A DNA stretch of 40,000 nt from Pseudomonas phage D3: sequence record AF165214.2; one strand, 5' to 3'. Position numbers and translations under genes: made by a program. The notes below the pieces were generated by a model. That model did no database searches and was not told where the DNA came from. It worked only from the letters and a program-made list of their open reading frames with translations. Below are positions 27,104-35,741 of this stretch, one piece after another (the stretch's first letter is position 1; every line of letters starts with the position of its first letter).

Positions 27104-28213
27104 TCAAGTGTTTACGAGCTTCAGCGGCCCTCCATGTAGATGCGCTGGATTATCAGCGTGAACAGAACGTGAAATGCGGCCTTCACGGACTTGATCAAGA
27201 ACCCCAACAGCATCCCTTACTCTGGCCGGAGCAAGGTGGGCATATCGTTCAGTCATCGCGACTGTCGAGTGTCCGAGCAGATCCCGAACATCCGCCAGCG
27301 GAACGCCGGCGCTGACCAGCCATGCCGCGCAGGTGTGGCGCAGGTCGTGAATCGTAAAGTCCGCAATCTTCGCTGCCTGGCAGGCCTGCTTGAAGCCGGC
27401 CGAAAGCGATATCACTCGATCACCGTTAGCGCGCGCAAAGACCCAGGGGCATTCCGGGCTGGTCTCGGACCTGAATGCCATTCGTCGCTTTAGTGCTGCC
27501 ATCGCCCCTTCGTTGATCGGGATGCTCCGGCGCTTGCCTGCCTTCGTGTGGGATGCTTCCAAGTAGATCAGTCGATTTGCGAAATCGACCCTGCGCCACT
27601 CCAGGCCAAGCATTTCCTCCCGCCGGCACCCTGTGTTGACGGCCAGGCGGATAAAGTCCTCCAGCATCGGGCCAAACTTCTGCCCGCGCGCGGCTCGGCA
27701 CAGGGCCTCGACCTCTGCCCTTGTCAGCCAACGATCACGCCCCTCTGCCTCGCGCATCTTCCGTCCCTTAACGGGATTCGGGAGGGCCCACTCCAGTTCT
27801 GTGTTGCAGTGGTTGATCGCCGCGGACAGTGCGGCGAGTTCTCGGTTGATGGTTGCCGGGGATGCGCCGGCATCCAGCCTGTGCGCTCCGTATCCCCGTA
27901 TGTCCTGGCCCCCTAGATCGTTGACCACGCGTCCGGCAAAATACTCGCGCAGCGGCTTTATGCGGTGCACGGTCGTTTCGTAGCTGCGCTGATGCTGGCG
28001 AGCGTGTTGCAGGTACGGAATGATCACCTCCTCAAAGGTCCTGGGCGGATTAACGCCCATTTCCTTTTCCTTCCACGCTTTCGCGCGCTCCTGTTGCTCT
28101 AGTGCTTTCGCCGCCGAGTAGTCGGCAGTTCCAGAAGAGCGTCTAACAAGCTTTCCTGTTGCTGATTTGAAAGAGATCCACCAGTAGGCGGAGTCGTTTC
28201 TCTTGTACGGCAT
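27104..28213 (-). CDS. int: tyrosine recombinase / phage integrase
   Basis: NTGCRREEMLGLEW, HDLRHTCAAWL, HSTVAMTERYAHL catalytic R-HxxR-Y pattern. Confidence 0.95.
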   Translation of the reverse strand: MPYKRNDSAYWWISFKSATGKLVRRSSGTADYSAAKALEQQERAKAWKEKEMGVNPPRTFEEVIIPYLQHARQHQRSYETTVHRIKPLREYFAGRVVNDLGGQDIRGYGAHRLDAGASPATINRELAALSAAINHCNTELEWALPNPVKGRKMREAEGRDRWLTRAEVEALCRAARGQKFGPMLEDFIRLAVNTGCRREEMLGLEWRRVDFANRLIYLEASHTKAGKRRSIPINEGAMAALKRRMAFRSETSPECPWVFARANGDRVISLSAGFKQACQAAKIADFTIHDLRHTCAAWLVSAGVPLADVRDLLGHSTVAMTERYAHLAPARVRDAVGVLDQVREGRISRSVHADNPAHLHGGPLKLVNT

Positions 28214-28413
28214 ACTTCCTCCGGTACGCCGACCGCGTCGCGCATGCTAGCAGCGGCTTCCTCTTCAAGCATCTGTTCGAGCTTTTCCTTGTGTACCCGG
28301 ATGGTCTTTTTGAACCTGACCACCGGGATCAGCTTTTCGTCCGCGTAGCGGTACGCGGTCCTGCGGCTCACGCCGAGAATGCCGGCGGCCGCCTCAACTG
28401 AAATCAAAGACAT
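28099..28413 (-). CDS. helix-turn-helix excisionase-like protein
   Basis: MSLISVEAAAGILGVSRRTAYRYADEKLIPVVRFKKTIRVHKEKLEQML; overlaps 5' end of int. Confidence 0.7.
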   Translation of the reverse strand: MSLISVEAAAGILGVSRRTAYRYADEKLIPVVRFKKTIRVHKEKLEQMLEEEAAASMRDAVGVPEEVCRTRETTPPTGGSLSNQQQESLLDALLELPTTRRRKH

Positions 28414-28543
28414 AGCGAGACCTTGGCCGATCAACGGCATCGGGTTGGCGGGTAGAATTCGTGGAGGCTTGGCCGGGCAGGGCGCCCGCATCGGGCAATA
28501 TGGGGGTTAACTGCTCGGTCAGGCCTTCTGGTAGGATTTGGAG

Positions 28544-28587
28544 CCCAGCCGGGTTAGCTCAGGGAGAGCTAGTGGCGCCCGGCTGGG
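28544..28587. promoter_or_regulatory. nested perfect inverted repeat
   Basis: CCCAGCCGGG (28544-28553)/CCCGGCTGGG (28578-28587) enclosing TAGCTC-aggga-GAGCTA (28555-28571). Confidence 0.7.
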
Positions 28588-28749
28588 TTATTGATCTTCC
28601 GGTTCTTGATCTACTGTCTCGCCAGCGTAGAGTGGGGTGATCCAGCGACCGAACGCGGGATGTCCATCGAACTCGCTGGCAAGCCAAAGCTCAGTATCCC
28701 CGCTCTCGAATTCGACGAGCCATGCGATTGGCTCCTTTTCTTCGCTCAT
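28588..28749 (-). CDS. small early hypothetical protein (53 aa), not in ORF track
   Basis: MSEEKEPIAWLVEFESGDTELWLASEFDGHPAFGRWITPLYAGETVDQEPEDQ. Confidence 0.55.
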   Translation of the reverse strand: MSEEKEPIAWLVEFESGDTELWLASEFDGHPAFGRWITPLYAGETVDQEPEDQ

Positions 28750-28982
28750 TCCCCACCTCCTTCCTTCCTGGCCTTTAGCATGGCATCGGCGTATCGATAG
28801 GCGGCCTCTGTTACGTCAAAGAGAGGTCGGCTGTGAGGCTTTGTCGCGTTCGTCTCCACATACGTCGGATGAAGAAAAGCCTGCATGGCCTTTGCCGCGA
28901 AGTAATCGCGCAGGGTCATTCCCGCTTCGGACGTGTACATCGATTCCGGGGGAAACGCTTGTCCACCGTTGTCTTTCATCAC
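28746..28982 (-). CDS. small early hypothetical protein
   Basis: MMKDNGGQAFPPESMYTSEAGMTLRDYFAAKAMQAFL typical phage early ORF; tight overlaps with neighbours. Confidence 0.65.
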   Translation of the reverse strand: MMKDNGGQAFPPESMYTSEAGMTLRDYFAAKAMQAFLHPTYVETNATKPHSRPLFDVTEAAYRYADAMLKARKEGGGE

Positions 28983-29305
28983 TCCCCACCTCCCATAGAC
29001 TTGCCGATCTCGGCGGCGACTCGGACGAAGGCGAGACGAGTTGCTTCGCGAGCACCAAGCCCTTCGATGGCCATTGCGCCATTTCGGTAGTTCAGCCAGA
29101 CGGAAAAGGCGTTACCGTCTAGGATGCCTGCGTCTACTGCAAGCCTCAGCGCGTCGCCGTCATCGTGTCGAGGGTCCCACTTTCTCCACCGTCCAGTCTC
29201 AGGCAGGATTACTGGTACCGCCGGGCTGGAGAGGGATCGGTACGAGTATGAGAACTGATACCCCGCCGCCCGCGCCGCCAGTTCGAGTAGTGTGCGGTCG
29301 TTCAT
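28979..29305 (-). CDS. hypothetical early protein
   Basis: 108 aa, ATGA-style overlaps on both sides. Confidence 0.55.
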   Translation of the reverse strand: MNDRTLLELAARAAGYQFSYSYRSLSSPAVPVILPETGRWRKWDPRHDDGDALRLAVDAGILDGNAFSVWLNYRNGAMAIEGLGAREATRLAFVRVAAEIGKSMGGGE

Positions 29306-29991
29306 TGCGTTGCTCCTTCTAGGGCTGAGTCGATATTTGTGTCAAGTTCGCTAGGGGAGACAAAGCCTTGGCGATAAAAACGATACCGCTCTGCGTCCTT
29401 CCGCATGGACTCATAGTCGTCAGCGAAGAACGGCAGTAGCGTTTCGTGTCGCAGTGGAAGTCCATTGGCTGCATCGGAAGCGTTGTCCAGAACGTTCTCC
29501 GGGGCGTCCAGAGCGCCGAGCACTTGATATGCCTCGCCGGCGAACCTGCGCAGCACCTCGTTCTCCGCCTTGAGCCTGTCCCGATCCACTTCGGCCGATT
29601 GGAGCTTCTGCCGTAGCTGGTTGATCGTCTGACTGTCCCTGGCAATCTGCTGGCGTTGTTCCTCGATCAGTTCTTGATCTCGGTCCCATGCCGCTTGTGC
29701 AGTTTCCAGCGTCTGCGGGCACTTCTCGGCGCGGGCGTAGTTGACGCTGTGGTTTCGCCAGCCAGATGCTTTCATCCCGTCGATCTCGTCCAGCAGGGCG
29801 AGAATGGTCTTGGGGTTGGCAGCGGCTATTAATCGGCTGTTCGCTTCGTCCTCACGATAACTAGCGTGAGATAGCGCGATAAGGACAATCGATGTCCTAT
29901 CTGCTGCCAATATCTTTAGCGGTGCCTGATATTCCCAAGGCCCCGGCGTTGCCGCCTCAGCCACCCTCCGCAGCTCTGCGTGGTCGGTCAT
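29302..29991 (-). CDS. Ead/Ea22-like protein
   Basis: MTDHAELRRVAEAATPGPWEY start and coiled-coil centre; paralogue at 38636-39244. Confidence 0.65.
   Translation of the reverse strand: MTDHAELRRVAEAATPGPWEYQAPLKILAADRTSIVLIALSHASYREDEANSRLIAAANPKTILALLDEIDGMKASGWRNHSVNYARAEKCPQTLETAQAAWDRDQELIEEQRQQIARDSQTINQLRQKLQSAEVDRDRLKAENEVLRRFAGEAYQVLGALDAPENVLDNASDAANGLPLRHETLLPFFADDYESMRKDAERYRFYRQGFVSPSELDTNIDSALEGATQ
29559..29802. repeat. about 242-nt near-perfect direct repeat, copy 1
   Basis: matches 38821-39064 with one mismatch seen (gccagatgct vs gccagacgct). Confidence 0.88.
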
Positions 29992-30191
29992 GCGTGCGTA
30001 CCTCGAAGTCCAGTTGCTACCCAGTAGGGCGTGCCGTTGCATTCAACTAGGCCCTTGCGCTTTAGCCTATTCAAAGCCTTGCTTATGGTCGGCCTGTCTT
30101 CGCCGATGGCGTGACGCATAGCCCATGCAGTAGAGCCCTGAATTTTGCGGAGATGCTCGAGCACTTTGTCGTCGATAGGATGGTCAGCCAT
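29988..30191 (-). CDS. small winged-helix-like protein
   Basis: GEDRPTISKALNRLKRKGLVECNGTPYWVAT. Confidence 0.55.
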   Translation of the reverse strand: MADHPIDDKVLEHLRKIQGSTAWAMRHAIGEDRPTISKALNRLKRKGLVECNGTPYWVATGLRGTHA

Positions 30192-30491
30192 TCACTTCAC
30201 CTCGAGTCCTGCTTGCTGGAGGGCTTCGGTCACGTGCTCTAGCAGAGCGTTGTACGCACCGATGATGAGCTTGCTGGATACGTTGTTCTCCGGCACAAGA
30301 GCATCCGGCAACTCCACCCTCAGAGCCGCGCGGCTGGCTTGCCAGGCTTGCCACATCGACGTGTAGCGCGCAGCGACTCCGGCAAGAGCCACGTATACGT
30401 GGACGTTATCGGTCTGCACCGGGAAGTAATCGGTGTCACGCCACTCGATGCCTTCAGGAATCGGGAAGCGGTCTTCAAATTCCTGTCTCAT
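30192..30491 (-). CDS. hypothetical early protein
   Basis: MRQEFEDRFPIPEGIEWRDTDYFP... from internal Met of the 30689 ORF. Confidence 0.5.
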   Translation of the reverse strand: MRQEFEDRFPIPEGIEWRDTDYFPVQTDNVHVYVALAGVAARYTSMWQAWQASRAALRVELPDALVPENNVSSKLIIGAYNALLEHVTEALQQAGLEVK

Positions 30492-30634
30492 TGCTTGCTC
30501 CATCTGCTCAACTCCTGTCCTTTCTGTTCTGTCTGCTCGTATAGGTTCTGGAAGTCCCCGACTATCCGGAAGATGCCGAAGACGATCAGCGCGATGACCA
30601 GCAGCGCGACCAAGGTTTCGTTTTCGTTGTCCAC
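30488..30634 (-). CDS. small single-TM protein (48 aa), GTG start, copy 1; not in ORF track
   Basis: (V/M)DNENETLVALLVIALIVFGIFRIVGDFQNLYEQTEQKGQELSRWSKQ; GGAGG upstream. Confidence 0.6.
   Translation of the reverse strand: MDNENETLVALLVIALIVFGIFRIVGDFQNLYEQTEQKGQELSRWSKQ
30492..30608. repeat. 117-nt perfect direct repeat, copy 1
   Basis: identical to 39884-40000 by eye, inside small TM gene. Confidence 0.9.
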
Positions 30635-30806
30635 GGTTGGTCCTCCGGGGGCGGATTCGTTGATTTGGGGTGGCGGGCTCGCTGGCCAAAATCGGCTAGT
30701 TTTTGTGCTGAAGCCCAGCAGGAATGCGGGTTTCAGCCTGGCCGAGGGTGGCGGTGGCGATGCCGGAATTCCGGCATCGGTGCGTACAGTGGTTGGCGAT
30801 GGGTGG

Positions 30807-31301
30807 CTATGACGGCCACGCGGTCATGGGTGTGTCGTATCCAAGCATGAGGGGGTGCTTGGGTTGTCCACAGCTTGTTACTCCGAAGCACATGACTGGC
30901 TTTCCAGATCGGATCAGCCAATGAAGGAGCTGGTGAGGTGCGCCCCGCAGATCACGCGGCATTTTTGAGAGGCTCCCCCAGCATGGAACCAGAATGTCGG
31001 CGTCTGCGACGATGGCGCGGAAGTGTTCCGTGCTCAGCGGGCCAAACGGATCATCCTGCCTGCGAAGCTCTTTCACGTCAGTGGCGCGGTAGCAGAACAC
31101 ATTGCCGACGATGAACCGGTGACCTCCGTTGCGCAGAGTGAAGCCGCGCCACTTGCGTACCGTTGCATCGTCGATGCTGGCGTCCGCGGTGCTTGGGTTG
31201 ACCCCAAAATATGCGTACACCTTGCTCCCCTCAAAAGGCGGGCAGCAATCTCGCTCCAGCCGGTACCGATACCGGCCGCATTCACTGATGATTGCTGACA
31301 T
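30807..31301 (-). CDS. DUF1643-like protein
   Basis: YAYFGVNPSTADASIDDATVRKWRGF...FIVGNVFCYRATDVKELRR. Confidence 0.75.
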   Translation of the reverse strand: MSAIISECGRYRYRLERDCCPPFEGSKVYAYFGVNPSTADASIDDATVRKWRGFTLRNGGHRFIVGNVFCYRATDVKELRRQDDPFGPLSTEHFRAIVADADILVPCWGSLSKMPRDLRGAPHQLLHWLIRSGKPVMCFGVTSCGQPKHPLMLGYDTPMTAWPS

Positions 31302-31641
31302 CGTTACCCTCCTCCTGTTCGCCCAGCAGGTTGCGGAGGTTGTTCGCAATTTCAAGCATCTTCTTCGCGCGTGTCGTGGCTGCGTTCGTTCCTGCCGGAA
31401 CGTTTTCGCAGTTCCAATCGGACTCTCGCCGGCACTCCCGTTCTATGCGTCGCAGCAGATCCTCGCTGACCACCACATGGCCTGCGGGGATCTCTACAAG
31501 CTGGACTCTCCGGTGCTGCAACCCAAAGCTATCGGCCATGCGCTCCTGCACTGGGTTTGCATCTCCGATCTCGACGATATCTTCTTTGCCATGGCTGCTG
31601 TAGATAGTTGCCCAGGCCAGCGGTCTCAGTTCTTCAGCCAT
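31282..31641 (-). CDS. hypothetical early protein
   Basis: 119 aa ORF with neighbouring overlaps. Confidence 0.5.
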   Translation of the reverse strand: MAEELRPLAWATIYSSHGKEDIVEIGDANPVQERMADSFGLQHRRVQLVEIPAGHVVVSEDLLRRIERECRRESDWNCENVPAGTNAATTRAKKMLEIANNLRNLLGEQEEGNDVSNHQ

Positions 31642-32284
31642 TGCCGTTCTCCTTGTCCTGGTTGAGCAGGGCGCGAAGCTCTGCCGTTATCCGGTAGCAT
31701 TCAGTCGGGAAAGAGGTAGACCAGGCGCATGCGCAGTACTCTTCTGGGCCGCGGCATGGCTCGCGCATCATCTGCTTGGCGATCAACCCATGGCGTTCGG
31801 CACTTTCCTGGATGTCTGCCCCATCGAAGCTGCCGCCCTCCAGTGCCCCGCTGATGATCTCCTGCGCGAATGCGGCCATACCCAGCAAAAGCCCCTCGCT
31901 GACCGTCAGGCCGTTGATGCGCGATTGAGCTTCCAGCGCTACCCGAATGCTCTCAGGGCTTGTGAATAACCGTTCCCGAGCATCGAGCGCCGCGTACACC
32001 GTGCTCGAATCAGGTAGAACCAACACCCTTGCGCGCAGGGATTCCAGGTCTTCCTCCAGTTGCTCGACTTCGGACTTCAGCTCATTGGCCTTGTCCGTCA
32101 TCATCTTGAGCGCGTCGTTCTCAACCTTGGTCAGGAACTTCTGCTGCGCGACTTCCTCCCTTAGCGCCTGGGACTCGGCTTCGAGCTTGGCGTATTCGGC
32201 ATCCGTGACGTGATCCTTCACGGCGCCGCAATCCGTGCATTGAATGGCGCCGAAATCCCATGCTTCGTGCGGGCAGTTACTCAT
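31634..32284 (-). CDS. coiled-coil hypothetical protein with N-terminal CxxC
   Basis: MSNCPHEAWDFGAIQCTDCGAVK then coiled coil. Confidence 0.5.
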   Translation of the reverse strand: MSNCPHEAWDFGAIQCTDCGAVKDHVTDAEYAKLEAESQALREEVAQQKFLTKVENDALKMMTDKANELKSEVEQLEEDLESLRARVLVLPDSSTVYAALDARERLFTSPESIRVALEAQSRINGLTVSEGLLLGMAAFAQEIISGALEGGSFDGADIQESAERHGLIAKQMMREPCRGPEEYCACAWSTSFPTECYRITAELRALLNQDKENGNG

Positions 32285-32499
32285 GACAGGCTCCAGTAGA
32301 CTGTGATCGAAGCGATAATTGCCCCATAGGCCGCCCCAAAGAAGAACATCAGCCATGGGTGTGGCTTCCTCTTGCCGAGGCGCCTGTTCTGCTTGATCAG
32401 GCCTTCGTTCTCTCGCAGAAGGGCGAGTGTCAGTTCCTCGCCATCCAGGGCTGAAGCACCGGCAAGGCGCTCGGTTGTGATGCTATGGACCTCACTCAT
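32281..32499 (-). CDS. small membrane protein
   Basis: 72 aa; PWLMFFFGAAYGAIIASITVYWSLS C-terminal TM. Confidence 0.5.
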   Translation of the reverse strand: MSEVHSITTERLAGASALDGEELTLALLRENEGLIKQNRRLGKRKPHPWLMFFFGAAYGAIIASITVYWSLS

Positions 32500-33772
32500 G
32501 ACCTACCTCCTTGCCGGGCGCGGCGGCGAGCACGGTGCGCATTTCTCGGAGCAGAGCTTTCCCGGTAGCGCCGCGCTGCGCGAGGAATTCAGATAGGCGC
32601 CCGATGAACTCCTCCGGCACGCTGTGCTGAGCCTGGGCTGGTGGGGCGTTCTTCGCGAAGGCCAGCAGCGCATCGCGCAGCTCATCCAGGTGCTCCCACC
32701 ACTTCTCGCCATAGCGGTGAGCCAGATTGGCGCCACTGTCATGCCCGGTAAAAACTTGGATAGCTTCTGCCGCCTGTTTCGCCATGCCGCGCATGTGGTG
32801 GCGGTCGTTGTCATAGGCGTAGTCGGACTGGTCCAGTTTCAGCTCAAGCTCCGCGACCCTGGCCAGGGCGGCGTCGCGCTGAGCAGCGATCTTCGCGCTG
32901 AGTTCGATGTATGCCTTCCAGCGTTCGATCCAGGCTTTGACGATGCGTTCATGCTGGGCGACGGTCATCAGCTCGTCTTCGCTCACCTCGCAGCCGCGCT
33001 CACGCCAGTGGGCAGCTTGATCTTCCGCATTCTGCTTGTAGTAGTTCAGTGCGTAGTGGGGATGCTGGTGCTTTTCATGTCGCCCGATAGTCCGGTACGC
33101 CACCACCTCCGGCCGCTCCGCCTGCTCTGGCTTGAGAACTTCAGCGGGTGCTTCGTTGAACGCTTCCGCATGCGGGGCAAGGTTGAGAGGGTCCAGTTCA
33201 TGCGCCAGGGAGGGTTGCGCCAGGGCGGCGCGTTGCAGGTCGCGCTTCAAATCCGCCGCGAACATCAGCAATTGAGGGCCAGTCAACGGAGTGCCTGGGG
33301 TGGTGATGCCGGCAGCTTCGATGCACTCGCCGAGCGCTTGCCCGAGCATGTCGCGCTCATGTTCCGTCTGCGCCGAGGATGCGATCGCCAGGGCGGCGCG
33401 AGCTGCGTTGCGGATCAGGCACAGCTTGCGGTCGTCCGGAATGTTCTCTGCTGCCGTCCATTCCATAATTGACTGGAGGGCATCCCACCGATCCCCGCCT
33501 GCCTGCTCTACCGGTGCCTTGTTCAGTTCATTGGCAGTTTCAGTCTCTCCTTCGATCCCCAACTCATGACCTAGAAATGGTCCAAGAGCTTCCTGCTTGT
33601 AAGTGGGCCATGTTGCAACCTCGTCGGCACATTCTTTTAGATGCTGGTGAAATTCAGAGCGCTGCGCTAGGAATGCGTCGCGGTCCTTGCACCAAAGTTC
33701 CAGCACATCCTTCGGAATGCTCGGGCGGATTTCGCGCAGTAGGTCCAACGCCTTGTTCAGTTCCTTGCTCAC
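32492..33772 (-). CDS. large coiled-coil early protein (Ead-like)
   Basis: 426 aa; extensive coiled-coil. Confidence 0.55.
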   Translation of the reverse strand: MSKELNKALDLLREIRPSIPKDVLELWCKDRDAFLAQRSEFHQHLKECADEVATWPTYKQEALGPFLGHELGIEGETETANELNKAPVEQAGGDRWDALQSIMEWTAAENIPDDRKLCLIRNAARAALAIASSAQTEHERDMLGQALGECIEAAGITTPGTPLTGPQLLMFAADLKRDLQRAALAQPSLAHELDPLNLAPHAEAFNEAPAEVLKPEQAERPEVVAYRTIGRHEKHQHPHYALNYYKQNAEDQAAHWRERGCEVSEDELMTVAQHERIVKAWIERWKAYIELSAKIAAQRDAALARVAELELKLDQSDYAYDNDRHHMRGMAKQAAEAIQVFTGHDSGANLAHRYGEKWWEHLDELRDALLAFAKNAPPAQAQHSVPEEFIGRLSEFLAQRGATGKALLREMRTVLAAAPGKEVGHE

Positions 33773-33939
33773 AATCCCTTCTCCTGCCGCTCAATAGCGG
33801 CGATGAATTCGACAATCTCTGTGCTGAGGTCCATGGCGCCAATGCTGTTGTGGACTCCGACGTAGCGGTTTGCGCGCTTCAGAAGGAGCACCGCCGTGCG
33901 CAGGCCGGGGTCACGCTTGGTCTTCGCCTTGACTTCCAT
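33769..33939 (-). CDS. small early protein (56 aa), not in ORF track
   Basis: MEVKAKTKRDPGLRTAVLLLKRANRYVGVHNSIGAMDLSTEIVEFIAAIERQEKGL; overlaps the 33772 start. Confidence 0.5.
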   Translation of the reverse strand: MEVKAKTKRDPGLRTAVLLLKRANRYVGVHNSIGAMDLSTEIVEFIAAIERQEKGL

Positions 33940-34779
33940 CACCCACTTCCGGGTAGACCAGAACGCCTTCGGCGCCCTGGGCTTGGTTGATCGCTATCTG
34001 CCTCACCGCTCTCGCGAATAGCAGAATGTCGTCTGGGGTCATGAGCTGGCTTTCTTCAGGCCAGCCGGTGACCGTCACACCGCCAGGGCGGTGATTCGCT
34101 GTTAGCTGGTGCATGGGGTTATTCCTGTTCGGGGTCAGGCGGACTTCTTCTTGCCGGTGATCTCTTTCGCTCGTTTTCGGGCGAAGACCATGCACTCGTT
34201 GAAGGCACCTTTGGGGAAGGTCTGCTTGCGCTTGTAGTAATCAAGCGCTTCGTCGGCGATGACCATGCAAATTCCCGAAGGGAACCCGTCGCGCTACAAC
34301 TGCTGGTCTACCTGCTTCTTGATGAATTCGTGAGTGTTCATGCTTCCACCCACTTGTTTTCGCCGTCGTAGTAGCCGCTCCAGCCTGGAATTCTGAACTT
34401 CAGGGTTCCAGGCGTACATAGCCATGCCCCCCCCTAGAGGCCCGCCGAATAGCTCCCAGTGACTCTTTCGTGCATACAGACGACGGCGGCGCTCGAAACG
34501 TTTTTGACGCAGGTTGATGCTCTTGATGCGTGGAATGCTGGTCAGCCTCATGACTTTCTCCAGGCAATGGTCCGCCGCGCCGCAATGCAGCGTCAGGCAT
34601 TACGAATGGTTCAGGGATGGCAGACTTCGACGACGCGGTGATAGTCGCCACGGAAGGGCATGGCCTTGTAGCCCTGGTTCATGGGGTAGATTCCCCAGGA
34701 CTGGCGAGAGCAGGCCGCCATCATCGCCGCGTACTTGATGACCTCGATGACGTCTTTCTTGATGTACATGACATGGCCC

Positions 34780-35115
34780 TCATGCACTCATCGCCGACTT
34801 GATCTGTGCCGAGTGGCTGCGGCTGACTGGAATCCAGTTCTCGGTTCCGAGCAGCAGCACTTCGCCGGCCTGGGTGTCGTCTGGCCGGCGCTTGAACCTG
34901 CTGATCAGAGACCGGCGAACCAGGGCTTTCCGGTGGGTGCGGATGAAGTCGGCGGAGAACTCTGATTCCAGTTCCCTGATCGTGTCGCGCAGCAGCAGGA
35001 ATCCATCCGCGTAGTACGCGATGACGTACTTATCCTCGGCGACGAAGTGGGTGATCTGCTCAACCGGGATTTCCTTGGAATGTTTGCCGCATGTGGCTTT
35101 GAGTACGGTTCTCAT
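34780..35115 (-). CDS. LytTR DNA-binding domain protein without receiver domain
   Basis: IPVEQITHFVAEDKYVIAYYADGFLLLRDTIRELESEFSADFIRTHRKALVRRSLI...ENWIPVSRSHSAQIKSAM. Confidence 0.75.
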   Translation of the reverse strand: MRTVLKATCGKHSKEIPVEQITHFVAEDKYVIAYYADGFLLLRDTIRELESEFSADFIRTHRKALVRRSLISRFKRRPDDTQAGEVLLLGTENWIPVSRSHSAQIKSAMSA

Positions 35116-35738
35116 GCTGCCACCCCCAGCACCTTCTCCATACGCTCCTCGAGCAGTTCGTAGAAGGTCTTTACTCGCTCGGACAGCTTGCGTATGTAGG
35201 CCTCATCGCGGTGGACGCGCACCATGCAAAGCGGCATGCCTGGCCAGTAGCCGAGGAAGTCGATCCACTCGCGCTCCGAAACCCAAAGGCCTCCATAGCA
35301 CTGAGCCGCGTGCTCGTAAGGCAGCTCGCCTGCGATGATCACGCTCACCAGCTTTTCCGGCACCTTGGTTTTCACCTCGATCAGGCCGTTGTCGCCGACT
35401 AGGCCATCCGGCGAATAGCCAATTCCGTGGTTGAGAATGATGCCGACCTGCTGGATCTGATCTGGCTCAGTATCTGTGCGCAGGCAGTACAGGTCGCGTA
35501 CAACCGGCTCAAGCTTGTGACCCCTGGCGCTGCTACCGTTACCACGCCATGGCTCGGCCTCTGCTCCGGTGATCCGCTCACCAATCAGGCGGTCCATGTA
35601 TGTGAAAGCGCCAACGCCGAACCCTGCCTGGACTTTGCCGTTAACCATCAACACGTCCAGTTCGGAGCAGGTTGCGATTCCAAGACGCGCGTCAAGCCAC
35701 TCCTGGGAGCCCTGCTCCAGGTCCTTGAATATCTGCAT
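35112..35738 (-). CDS. YqaJ-like viral recombinase exonuclease
   Basis: QGSQEWLDARLGIATCSELDVLM...HGIGYSPDGLVGDNGLIEVKTKVPEKLV...YEHAAQCYGGLWVSEREWIDFLGY. Confidence 0.9.
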   Translation of the reverse strand: MQIFKDLEQGSQEWLDARLGIATCSELDVLMVNGKVQAGFGVGAFTYMDRLIGERITGAEAEPWRGNGSSARGHKLEPVVRDLYCLRTDTEPDQIQQVGIILNHGIGYSPDGLVGDNGLIEVKTKVPEKLVSVIIAGELPYEHAAQCYGGLWVSEREWIDFLGYWPGMPLCMVRVHRDEAYIRKLSERVKTFYELLEERMEKVLGVAA

Positions 35739-35741
35739 GAT

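Noticed and set aside
32624-33472. 282-aa plus-strand ORF opposite the 426-aa early gene, and similar ORFs at 35427-36023, 36521-37159, 36549-37190, 37709-38629
   Set aside because: All lie opposite a tightly overlapping minus-strand early operon with recognised ERF and YqaJ genes; composition typical of antisense shadows.
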